A stretch of DNA of 63,998 nucleotides, counting the filler, from Aduncisulcus paluster (taxonomy: Eukaryota): assembly GCA_024181965.1 (NCBI GenBank). It is 10 parts of 10 records of this genome, joined end to end, with 100 filler letters (N's around TTAATTAATTAA, not from the genome) between each part and the next. Parts side by side here need not be neighbours in the genome. Positions count along the whole stretch, not along the records: positions 45,808 to 51,272 come from BQXS01010109.1; positions 51,373 to 58,770 come from BQXS01010110.1; 8 more parts are not named here. One strand, 5' to 3'. The position numbers were made by a program, and so were the translations under genes. Positions 45,808 through 56,417 of this stretch are shown here, in pieces; position 1 is the first letter of the stretch; the number at the start of each line of letters is the position of its first letter. Under the pieces are notes generated by a model. That model was not told where the DNA came from and did no database searches. It saw nothing but the letters and a program-made list of their open reading frames with translations.

Positions 45808-48713
45808 CAAATATAATGCTGCAAAGAGACAGAAAGTGAAAGATGTTGAATCCGCTATATTCGACGGCATTAGTGACGTTGTTGACATGCGTCTTGCAGA
45901 TCAGGATGACAGAGATCGTGGACATCAGGACGATACAACTTTATTGATTAATCAACTCATTTCACAGGCCCCCGATAGTCCCTCGTTCTTTGAGAAGATA
46001 TTCCTGAAGCGTATTCCTATCAATATCATCAAAGAGAGATACACTCTTTCTCAAGCCTCTATAAATAGAGCTATAAGCAAACAAGCTGTCACTGCATTCC
46101 TTGAAGCCCACGACCAGTACATTTCTTCTCTCTGCGTGACATTGCTGGAACACTCCATTCCATCATATTGCTATGCTTTTCTCCGTTGTGCTGGAGCTGG
46201 TGTGTGGATCCACTCTCTCAAGGGTGTAGTTCTCGCCAACAAGGCTAAATCCAAACAATTTAAGGGTGCTGGTAACAAAAAGAATGGTTCAAGGGGTTCA
46301 AAGGAAGGATTAGAGGCCTCCATGATTGCTGCTATGCCCTATCATGTCCATATGCTCCACGCTGTGTTGAATGCCACCCATCTTGTTCTGAACAAGGTAG
46401 TTTCGTTGAAAGATGTTGAATTCGGTGCTGATGGAATTGGTTACACCGATGGAATAAGGAAACTGTGGAGATATATGATCAGGATGGAAGATATTGAGCG
46501 AGATGATGAAGATGAAGAGGACAATGAGGACAATCAATTTAGTGCAAAGGATCGTTTATTCGTTGAACGAAGCTTACGGTCTTCCTCCATGCTTACCACT
46601 TCCTCCTCCTCTTCCTCTTCCTCATCTTCTACCTCAGTCTCTTCCTCTTCCTCATCTTCTGCTTCGTCCACTCACAATGTTCTGTTGAGAGGATCTATGC
46701 TTGATCGAGAGGAACAAGCTATTATGAGCATTCTCCATGCCATCTTGCAGATAGTAATGAAATCCTCTCCCTCTGGTCTGTTCTTCAACTCTCCATTAAA
46801 TACTGTAGAGAGATGTCTTGCAAGTGCTGCGGTGGCCATGCGTGTGTCAAGTGGTCGTCGTAAGAAGTTGAAGGGAGGCGAATATGAAAAAGATATGGAA
46901 AAGAAACTTAATGAGTTAGTTCGTTATATCATCTTTGACATTTTCAAACAAATCCCCATATCCAAGGATAAACAAGTTCGACTGTCCCTGAAATCTTTCT
47001 CTAGACCATTGAGTAAGAATTGTCCATATGCTCTTGATTTATTGAATTTCCCAAGCTTTATTAAACCTCTCGAATGTACTCTTTTCCCTTTGATGATGTT
47101 ATACNNNNNNNNNNNNNNNNNNNNTGTTCTTCAACTCTCCATTAAATACTGTAGAGAGATGTCTTGCAAGTGCTGCGGTGGCCATGCGTGTGTCAAGTGG
47201 TCGGCGTAAGAAGTTGAAGGGAGGCGAATATGAAAAAGATATGGAAAAGAAACTTAATGAGTTAGTTCGTTATATCATCTTTGACATTTTCAAACAAATC
47301 CCCATATCCAAGGATAAACAAGTTCGACTGTCCCTGAAATCTTTCTCTAGACCATTGAGTAAGAATTGTCCATATGCTCTTGATTTATTGAATTTCCCAA
47401 GCTTTATTAAACCTCTCGAATGTACTCTTTTCCCTTTGATGATGTTATACCCAACCTTACTCTCAGACCTTGAGAAGACTGGCCATTCGATCAATGAATA
47501 TCTTCGTATCCATGGAAATAGTGATGCGATGAGACACCCAGACCGGAAAGGGCTTATGTTATTGCAGGTTTTGTTGTTATTGCCACCAGAACTCTCACAG
47601 CTTGTGACTCTGTCTTTCACTCAGTTACCTCCTCTGCTCTTGCATTTCATGTGCACTAATACAAAAACAGCTGCAATCATGGAAAGAATGATCGAGTGGA
47701 ATGGCAAAGAAAGAGGATATTTGGAGAAGACGTTTAACATCCCATTGCTGCCTCCTTCAGCCCCGGTTCAACATATCAGTGATCTTAGGCTCACAATGTG
47801 TAAATGGTCAACGAAGTTCTTGAGACACCCATGCTCAAGTGCCGTGTTGTGGAAATATCTTGACTGTAGCAACGGTGATAACCACGTAACCATCTTTGAT
47901 GATCCAAAGGGAAGGAAAGGGAAACGTCGAGCAGCCTCTTCTCTTTTGCCTCATTTGGAGGTCTGTGTGAAGGATTTCATGAAGCATGGTGTACAGCGGT
48001 GGGAAATTGGAAGTCAACTTAAACGGCGTGTGATTGATATTTGTGATCTTTCTGGCTTTGCAGAGAACCCTGAAGAATGGCATAAGAAAATGGAAAGGAT
48101 TATCAAGGAACAAAGCAGTCTCTCTGAGCTTATGCAGAGTGTTAAAGATGTTTCTGATGTTTCTGGTGCTTTATGTATTGATGAGAGGGTGAGAGAAGAA
48201 AAAGTTGAAGAAGAAGAGGAAGAGAGAGAAGAGGAGGAGGAGGAAGAGAGGGGGGGAGAAAAAGAGAAAGAGGAAGAGGAGGAAGAGGAAGAGGAAGAGG
48301 AAGAATATGAATATACGGAGGAAGAAGAAAAGGAAGAGAAGGAAGAGGAGAAGGAAAAGAAGAAGAGAGAAGAAGAAGAGGAAGAAAGGAAGAGGAAAGA
48401 AGAGAAAAAGAGAAGAAAGGAGGAAAAGAGGAAGAAGAAGGAAGAAAAAGAAAAGAAAAAGGAAGAAAAACGGAAAAGAAAAGAAGAAAAGGAGAAAAAG
48501 AAGATAGAAAAAGAAAAGAAGAAGGAGAAGAAGGAAAAGAAGGTAAAGGAAGAAAAGAAGGTAAAGGAAGAAAAGGAAATTAAAGAGGAAAAGAAAATTA
48601 AAGAAGAAAAGAAGGAAAAGGAAGTGAAGAAAGAAAAGAAGGAAAAGAAACATAGTGGTAAAAGACGTCATGCAGATGAGGAGTTGGAAACCACAAAGTC
48701 TATCAAGAAATGA
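45808..48713 (+). CDS. Hypothetical helical protein with a Glu/Lys-rich tail; one gene split by a gap overlap; 5' partial
   Basis: ~46778..47104 repeated from 47125; the two ORFs share identical translated sequence. Confidence 0.72.
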
Positions 48714-49027
48714 TTTTGATATCAAAGTTAGGTTCTCGTTTAATGTTAATTTGATTGACGGAAAATGGAAGGTAATGCTATTTTTTGCTGGATGATTGAA
48801 TTGTTTCAATCTTGGCAAAATAATCATCAAATAAATTATTTTCTTAGTTATTTTTAAGTTATTCTGAGTTTTTATTGTTTTTTAAGGTCATTCATATAAA
48901 TTTGATTTGCAGATCTTGTGATGTCAAGCTCATCCAAAAAAAAAAAAAAAATGTTGATGATCTTGAACGTTTTTGACCCTTTCAAAAATAATTCCAGAAT
49001 CAACATAATATACATATAATCTAGGAG

Positions 49028-50611
49028 ATGAAATCTTGTTTAGAGGATAAATATTCTCTTGAGGCTGGGCTTGAGGCTGGGATTGTTTCTATGGGCTTAA
49101 CCCATAGTAGAAAATATGATTTTGAGTCGAGTTCCATTTCAAATGAAAGTTATAGCGGAGATTTTAGCGAAGTACAACATATTATTGATGATGATTCGAA
49201 ACCTGTTGATGGAACTCCTGTTATTGGTTGTATTTTGAGTGACAAAGATACAATTTTAGCTTCAACGAGGTTACAAGATGATTTAAGGGAAGATTTTAAA
49301 GATTATATCCTTGAGGCCAAATGGGAAAGATGCGGAGATGAAAGATATCCTATTTTGCCATATACAAGTCATAAACAAGCAATTCGAACAAGTATTAGAT
49401 TGCCAGTGCTCTCGAATCCACAGAATATAATTCAACTTGATGAATGTTTTGAAGGGTGTGGAAAAGCTTCCTTTTTTGCCTTTTCTGTCCTCTTGGCTTT
49501 CCATCAGACAATTCAATCGATTTTAATATGTACTTTATTCGGCAAAACAGATATATTTGATTCATCCAGTCCACCCAAATATCTTAATATCACATTTTAT
49601 ACGTCAAAAGGTGATTCAATTGTGAAACATTACTATTTCTCCAACAAAGAAGGCTATAATTGGTATTCTCTGCCCGTGAATGTTCCAAATGTAACTCATT
49701 TTGAAGTTATTTGCAAGGAATCTATTCATGGTGCTGCCTGGTGTCAAATTAATTCCATTCAAATTATCCTTTCCGAAGATGAACAGTGCCAATGTCAGTC
49801 TGGTGAAGAGTCTGAAATTCATGATAGATGTCCTTCATTCAAATCGTTTTGTGGAAGCAAACATTTAATTTCTCAAGTTTCTTCATTGCTTCCATCTATT
49901 TCTACCTCATTGGAGTCAACTTCTTTCATGTTATCATATTTAGAGGATGAGTTTTTCCAGCGAATAATTTCTCCCCCATTTCGATGGAATCGTGTCGTGC
50001 AACTATTTTCTACGAGTATTATTCGATCTTTGAGTTATTCTGACCCATTCCAAAGTTTATTTGAAAGTTCAATCATACGTAATGACCCTCGACTCTCATG
50101 TTCTGTTAATGTCAATAAGAAGCTTCTAGATGGTGAATTTGTACAAGACATGGGTTCAAATACTCTATGGAGTTGCATTCAAGATTGTCTTTCAATATCA
50201 TTTCGATCTCTTCATATTCCTTTCGATTATCCACAGAATATCCATTCTCTCTGTTTCCGCACTGATTATTTAAAGAATTATCCTCCTAAATTGCTTGGAA
50301 TATCTCTCAAAACAAGAGAAGGGATTGCTTTCTCAAGGATATGTTCCTTTGAAATGCTATCGGGGTCAAATTGGATTGTATTTCCGATTGACATAAATAA
50401 TGTAATTTGGTGTGACATTTTCTGTCTGGAATCTTGGTGGGAAATGAAATGGTGTTCTTTGGAAGGAATAAGCTTTATCACTTGTAAAGATGCAGAGTTG
50501 GCAGAATCATTCCATACGAGGACTCGAAAAGAGATGTTGACTCGGAACTTACAAGAGTTGGAAAGATTAGAGAATCAATATTCAGAAATATGGAATATGG
50601 AATATAAATGA
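49028..50611 (+). CDS. Hypothetical protein with two copies of a beta-sandwich-like repeat domain
   Basis: PPKYLNITF..NWYSLPVNVPNV..INSIQII and PPKLLGISL..NWIVFPIDINNV..LEGISFI. Confidence 0.75.
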   Translation: MKSCLEDKYSLEAGLEAGIVSMGLTHSRKYDFESSSISNESYSGDFSEVQHIIDDDSKPVDGTPVIGCILSDKDTILASTRLQDDLREDFKDYILEAKWERCGDERYPILPYTSHKQAIRTSIRLPVLSNPQNIIQLDECFEGCGKASFFAFSVLLAFHQTIQSILICTLFGKTDIFDSSSPPKYLNITFYTSKGDSIVKHYYFSNKEGYNWYSLPVNVPNVTHFEVICKESIHGAAWCQINSIQIILSEDEQCQCQSGEESEIHDRCPSFKSFCGSKHLISQVSSLLPSISTSLESTSFMLSYLEDEFFQRIISPPFRWNRVVQLFSTSIIRSLSYSDPFQSLFESSIIRNDPRLSCSVNVNKKLLDGEFVQDMGSNTLWSCIQDCLSISFRSLHIPFDYPQNIHSLCFRTDYLKNYPPKLLGISLKTREGIAFSRICSFEMLSGSNWIVFPIDINNVIWCDIFCLESWWEMKWCSLEGISFITCKDAELAESFHTRTRKEMLTRNLQELERLENQYSEIWNMEYK

Positions 50612-50699
50612 AAATTGTAGATATAAAATTCAACGAACAATTTATAATTCATGTTAATACAACCTTTACGTTTATTTGGTCTTAATTACTTAATATTAT

Positions 50700-51272
50700 T
50701 TGCTTATTTTGCTCAAACTAAGGAAGTTAATTGTTGCAAACCGCGAACACATTGTTGCGTATGGCGAGATGGGTCTCGATTTTGATCGTCTTCACTTTGC
50801 CCCCAAACAAGCCCAATTGCTTGCCTTCGATGCCCAGTTAAAGTTGGCCGAGGAACTTGATCTTCCTCTCTTCCTTCACAGTCGTGCTGCCGAGAGTGAT
50901 TTCCTTCGATTGTTGGGCAAATACAAGTTCCCACGAAAAGGTGTTGTGCACAGTTTCACAGGCAGTGCTGCCGAGAGAGATGCTATTCTGAAGCTTGGGT
51001 TCGATATCGGTGTTAACGGGTGTTCCTTGAAGACGGAAGAGAACCTCAGAGTTGTGCGTGATATTCCTCTCGATCGACTCCACTTAGAGACGGATGCCCC
51101 CTGGTGTGAGATCCGTCCAAGCCATGCGTCGTATAAGTATGTCAAAACACGATTCCCTGCCAAGAAGAAGGAGAAGTTTGTGATGGGTCAGCTTGTCAAG
51201 AGTCGCAATGAAGTGTGTTGTATCATCCAGGTTGCAGAGGTTATCAGTGGATTGTTGGACATTTCCATGGAT
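50700..51272 (+). pseudogene. TATDN1: TatD-family DNase (TATDN1-like), C-terminal part only
   Basis: GEMGLDFDRL, LPLFLHSR, GVVHSFTG, LETDAPWC; no N-terminal motif and no ATG upstream of these. Confidence 0.8.
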
Positions 51273-51372
51273 NNNNNNNNNNNNNNNNNNNNNNNNNNNN
51301 NNNNNNNNNNNNNNNNTTAATTAATTAANNNNNNNNNNNNNNNNNNNNNNNNNNNNNNNNNNNNNNNNNNNN

Positions 51373-54300
51373 ACTGCTTCATCCAGGATGGCTGTGTTTA
51401 TGGAGCTTGAAGAGGTAGAAAAGGGTGTGAAGAGAGAAAAGATATCCAAAGGAAGATCCTCAGATCCTAAACACTCTTTATCTACAACTGATTCGGCTGA
51501 TAGTTCTATTGTATCCACGGGTGGGTCCTCCTCCGGCAGACAAGAGATTGTTACTATTGGTTCTGGTTGTGGAGATGCGAGTGGCTCACTCTGTTTTGCT
51601 CGTCTTGACGATCGTTCAGACCCTTCAAGAGTGTTTGTCAACGCTGGATGGGGTGAAAATGAAGGAAAGGGTGTTGAGATCATCAAAGTTCTGAAAAAGA
51701 AGAAAGACAAGAAAGACAAGAAAGATAAAGCGTCCAAGGAGAAGAAGAAGGATAAGGACTCAAGTTCAGGATCAGGTTCAACAAAGTCTGAGGATGGAAT
51801 CAAAGAGAAAGCCGACGAAAAGTCTACTGCCGTTAAGAGTACTGAAGAAGCTTCCCAGCCGAAAGCTATAAATACGTTGTCTAACCTCTCTCTCTCTTTC
51901 TTCTCTGGTGAATCTGTGTGTGTTCTCGGCAGTGTTGGAAGTGGAAAGAGTAGTCTGCTTAGTCTTATTCTTGGAGAGATGAAGATATCAACATCTTGTG
52001 AGGAAGCTAGTGATGTCTCTGCTACTACCTTGCCTCCACATGCCACTGGTGCTTCTTCCCCTCTTGCTCTCACTTCCTCTCGCTCCAGTGATGATATCTC
52101 TGCTCATGTAGTCACACGTGGAGATATAGCTCTTGCCTCTCAGGCTCCCTTTGTTCTCAATGCCACCCTGAGGGACAATGTGTTGTTTGGAATGCCCTAT
52201 GATGCTGAACGTTACAGGCATACTCTGGTCTCGTGCTGTCTTGTCCCTGACCTTATGCAGCTCAGTGATGCTGATCTTACTGAGATTGGGGAAAGAGGAT
52301 TCACGTTGAGTGGTGGACAAAAGGCTCGTGTATCACTGGCAAGAGCTGTGTACAGAAACCCCGATATCCTCCTCCTTGACGATCCATTGAGTGCTGTCGA
52401 TGCCCACGTTGCTCGGAGATTAATGCGTAGACTTGTCGAACGTCGAAGAAAGAAAGATTGTTCTTCCTCTTCCTCATCTTCATTACCCAACAAAACACTC
52501 CCTCCGAGTCTTGTCTCTCCCTCCTGTATGGTTTTACTGCCAACACACCAATACCAATACCTTGATATGTTTGACCGTGTCCTTGTAATGGATCGAGGCA
52601 GTGCTCTCTTTGTTGGTCCTGTGGATGATGCCAGACGTATAGCTCTTGAAGGAGAAGCTAAGTGGGGTGAGAAGGGGAAAGTTATGCACCAGAGTCTTAT
52701 GGGTGAAAAGGATCCATTCTCTGCGGCATCTTCACCTTCCTCTTCTTCACCTTCCTCTTCTTCTGGATCCAGGACACACTCTGTTACTGATACTGCAGTT
52801 GCTGTTCTTGGAGTCGATATCGACGAAGCTATCCGTTCTGAGGAGACCAAGACAAGTCATGCTGTCCTTGAGAGTGAATGTGAGGAGTCAGAGTCTTCAG
52901 AAATGGAGGATGAAGGTAAACCCCACCACCATCATCATTTGCATGGATTGGCCGAATATTGGAGTGAATACGAGAGTTTGCTTCAAATCCATAGGGAACA
53001 AGAGAAGAACGGAGGAGAAGAAGAGGAAGAGGAAGAAGATGAGAAGATGCATGCTTCTACAGCTGTTGGTAAAGGTTCTGGCACTGAGATGTCTTCTGTT
53101 CGTTCCATTTCATCTCCAAAGGAAGCTAAAGCCCTTCCTGTTACAGATACCACTTCTCAGGCTATTGTTGAAGGTGATAAACCAGCATGTAGTATTCTAC
53201 AAACGACACAGACAGCCGCACCAGTGTCAGGAGTGTCGGGAACTATGTCACAACCATCCAAGAAGAAGGAGACGGCTGGATCTGGCTTGATTTCTTTCAA
53301 GGAGACTAAACAAGAAGGAAGCACTGCTTTGGCCTCATTCGGTCATTTTATCCATAATGGAGGTTCTGTTCTTTTCTTCCTCATTGTCTTGTTCTATGCG
53401 CTTGTCAATGGTGTCAATGCGATCCAGACCTGGTGGTTAAGCATATGGAGTGCGTCAAGCTCTGATCCTTCGAACACTCACAGTGTTTGGTTCTATGTAG
53501 GTATCTACCTCTCTCTTGGAGGTGTTGTTATCCTTGTTTCATTCATTAAGGTCTTTGTTGGGTGCTCTTTCTCCTATTCCGCTGCCGTCAAGATGCATAA
53601 ACGTCTCGTTGGTGGGGTCATGCGTGGGAGAATGTCCTTCTTCGATGTGACACCTGTAGGAAGATTGAGCACTCGTTTCGCCAAGGACATCTCTGTGATC
53701 GATTCCCGTCTGCAATACAGTTTGAATTCTCTATTCTCATGCCTTATGAAGGTTGTCTCGGTGTTCACTGTTGTCGGCATTGCCATTCCCTGGTATCTGA
53801 TATCTCTTGTTCCTCTTGGCGCTCTGTATTTGTGGATTTATAACAGGTATCGCAACACTCAGCGAGAAGTGAAGAGATGGGAAAGTGTAACGAGTGCTCC
53901 AATCGTTGCCTTGGCTGGAGAGGCTGTTGCTGGCTTGGCTACTATCCGTGCCTTCAATGATCAAGATAGGTTTGTGACCAAATGTGCAAACAACTTGGAT
54001 AAGAATAACAAAGCTTACCATATGCTTGTTGAAATGAACAGATGGTCTGCATTCCGTCTTGAAACCATTGCCACTTCATCTCAGACCGTTGTAGCTGCTC
54101 TCTTGGTAACCCTTGCTTCAAATTTGTCCCCATCGATCGCTGCTTTGTGTCTTTCATACTCTTTATCAATCACCCAGACTCTCAACTGGGTTGTGCGTCA
54201 GCTCACTGAAATGGAGGTCCAGATGAACAGTGTGGAAAGAGTTATGGAGTATGCAGAGGACATTCCTGAGGAATCTGGTGTCTGGAATGAAGAGGAATTG

Positions 54301-55503
54301 GAACGAAAAAATGCTAAGATACAACATAAGAGGAAGGAAATTGATAAGGAGAATGCCAAATTATCTAAAACTCATGATAAAAAGCTTGCTTCCTGGGAAA
54401 AATCCAATAAGAAAGAGAAGAAACAATGGGAAGCAACTGTTGCTGGCACTCCTACCGCTAGTGCGTGTTATGTTCCCACTAACCCAAGGCCCAGTCTTTC
54501 CTTTGCTTCTCTCCCCCAGCTTGATGCTGCTCTATATCACCCAGACCAGTTCTGGCCCTCCGAGTCGCCTTCTCTCGTTCTCTCCCATGTATATATGCGT
54601 TATAGACCCGAGCTTCCTCTTGTTCTGCATGATATCAGTGTCGACATCAAGGGAGGCGAGAAGATAGGAGTTGTTGGACGCAGTGGAAGTGGCAAGAGTT
54701 CCTTGGTTGCTACTTTACTGCGTCTTGTTGATATTGACCATGATGCTGCTTCTGTTGGTCAGCATCCATCTATTCGTATCGATGAAGTCGACATCCATTC
54801 CATTGGTCTACATAGACTGCGTCATAGTGTGGCTTATATCCCTCAAGACCCTGTACTCTTCGCGGGATCAATCCGTCGCAACCTTGCTCCGACTCAGAAA
54901 GATGCAGCAACTGATGATGAGATGGTACGAGTACTCTCTGAAGCTGGGCTGCTCTCTATTTTGCTGAGGATGGTCAAAGAACGAGTTTCTAAGGATAATG
55001 AATCTTTGAAGGAGGTTGATACTGACAGTGTTTCTCAGGCTGTTGAAGATATCATTCAGGTGGAGAGAGAGTCTGGGAGCATATCAAGCATTCCGAACGA
55101 TATCCTTGACATTGCTGCGAATGCTCTTCAGTTGGAACTCACGGATGGTGGTGCAAATCTCTCTGTTGGTCAACGACAACTTGTGTGTCTGTGCCGAGCT
55201 CTATTGCGCTCTTCTTCACTTCTCCTCATGGACGAAGCTACAAGTTCCATCGATCGGGCCAGTGATGCAGCCCTCCAGAGGTGTGTCTATGAACGGTATA
55301 AGAAGGGTACGGTGATTACGATTGCTCATCGACTCGATACAGTCATGGGATACGATAAAATCCTTGTAATGGATGCAGGAAGAGTTGGAGAATATGGAAG
55401 TCCTGCTGAATTACTTGCTCAAGATGGGCTTCTCTCAGCCCTTGTGAAGGAAACAGGAGAAGAAAATGAGCAAAAACTTAGAGAAATGGCCGGGTTGAAG
55501 TGA
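51373..55503 (+). CDS. ABCC: ABCC/MRP-family ABC transporter (NBD1-TMD2-NBD2), 5' partial, with low-complexity insertions
   Basis: GSVGSGKSS, LSGGQKARVSLARA, LLDDPLSAVDAHV; FFDVTPVGR; GRSGSGKSS, NLSVGQRQL, DEATSSID, IAHRL. Confidence 0.96.
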   Translation, partial: TASSRMAVFMELEEVEKGVKREKISKGRSSDPKHSLSTTDSADSSIVSTGGSSSGRQEIVTIGSGCGDASGSLCFARLDDRSDPSRVFVNAGWGENEGKGVEIIKVLKKKKDKKDKKDKASKEKKKDKDSSSGSGSTKSEDGIKEKADEKSTAVKSTEEASQPKAINTLSNLSLSFFSGESVCVLGSVGSGKSSLLSLILGEMKISTSCEEASDVSATTLPPHATGASSPLALTSSRSSDDISAHVVTRGDIALASQAPFVLNATLRDNVLFGMPYDAERYRHTLVSCCLVPDLMQLSDADLTEIGERGFTLSGGQKARVSLARAVYRNPDILLLDDPLSAVDAHVARRLMRRLVERRRKKDCSSSSSSSLPNKTLPPSLVSPSCMVLLPTHQYQYLDMFDRVLVMDRGSALFVGPVDDARRIALEGEAKWGEKGKVMHQSLMGEKDPFSAASSPSSSSPSSSSGSRTHSVTDTAVAVLGVDIDEAIRSEETKTSHAVLESECEESESSEMEDEGKPHHHHHLHGLAEYWSEYESLLQIHREQEKNGGEEEEEEEDEKMHASTAVGKGSGTEMSSVRSISSPKEAKALPVTDTTSQAIVEGDKPACSILQTTQTAAPVSGVSGTMSQPSKKKETAGSGLISFKETKQEGSTALASFGHFIHNGGSVLFFLIVLFYALVNGVNAIQTWWLSIWSASSSDPSNTHSVWFYVGIYLSLGGVVILVSFIKVFVGCSFSYSAAVKMHKRLVGGVMRGRMSFFDVTPVGRLSTRFAKDISVIDSRLQYSLNSLFSCLMKVVSVFTVVGIAIPWYLISLVPLGALYLWIYNRYRNTQREVKRWESVTSAPIVALAGEAVAGLATIRAFNDQDRFVTKCANNLDKNNKAYHMLVEMNRWSAFRLETIATSSQTVVAALLVTLASNLSPSIAALCLSYSLSITQTLNWVVRQLTEMEVQMNSVERVMEYAEDIPEESGVWNEEELERKNAKIQHKRKEIDKENAKLSKTHDKKLASWEKSNKKEKKQWEATVAGTPTASACYVPTNPRPSLSFASLPQLDAALYHPDQFWPSESPSLVLSHVYMRYRPELPLVLHDISVDIKGGEKIGVVGRSGSGKSSLVATLLRLVDIDHDAASVGQHPSIRIDEVDIHSIGLHRLRHSVAYIPQDPVLFAGSIRRNLAPTQKDAATDDEMVRVLSEAGLLSILLRMVKERVSKDNESLKEVDTDSVSQAVEDIIQVERESGSISSIPNDILDIAANALQLELTDGGANLSVGQRQLVCLCRALLRSSSLLLMDEATSSIDRASDAALQRCVYERYKKGTVITIAHRLDTVMGYDKILVMDAGRVGEYGSPAELLAQDGLLSALVKETGEENEQKLREMAGLK

Positions 55504-56417
55504 TGATAGGAATCAAATTTCTGTGAAGGAATATAAATCCCTTTCATTTAATTTCAAGGCTGTTGACTCACTGCCATTGATGAGCACAGTCTGAAGACCA
55601 AGGAGAGCACTCTGAAGACCTTGAGAGAAATGGGCAGAAAGTAACATGTTTCGCGTCTTTTTATTCCAATAGAAGCTTGAGAGAAAGGATGTGGGGATGT
55701 GAATGAGTACATCTCTTGTGGGGATTTTCAAGATTTGGTCTTGATTTTGGAAGAAATAAGCATTGTCGTGTTTCTGAAACCATTATTTAAATATCAGATT
55801 TCACGATTTTCGATGAACATTTCCTGTAGTTAGTAAATTCAAAGGATACTTGAGTTTTGATGGTCTTGTGTTCCTGTTGTTGTCTGAAAGAACACNNNNN
55901 NNNNNNNNNNNNNNNACTCTGAAGACCTTGAGAGAAATGGGCAGAAAGTAACATGTTTCGCGTCTTTTTATTCCAATAGAAGCTTGAGAGAAAGGATGTG
56001 GGGATGTGAATGAGTACATCTCTTGTGGGGATTTTCAAGATTTGGTCTTGATTTTGAAAGAAATAAGCATTGTCGTGTTTCTGAAACCATTATTTAAATA
56101 TCAGATTTCACGATTTTCGATGAACATTTCCTGTAGTTAGTAAATTCAAAGGATACTTGAGTTTTGATGGTCTTGTGTTCCTGTTGTTGTCTGAAAGAAC
56201 ACCGCGCTTTGTTGATGGTTTGGAATGTGGCCTCACTGAGGCCTCAGTAACTCAGATTGGGGTGAGGTTGGTTTATTGTAGTTTAGCTAGGTAATAAAAC
56301 ACGGTCGGATGCAAATCCTTTATTACATGTTATAATATTACAAAAACGGGCATTTTGGAAGTGGTCTGAAGACTCCGTTACATATTCATCTTGAATCGTG
56401 AAGATTCTTGACACAAT

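Noticed and set aside
48171-48830. Phe/Leu-rich antisense ORF resembling a membrane protein
   Set aside because: Shadow of the Glu/Lys-rich tail on the plus strand
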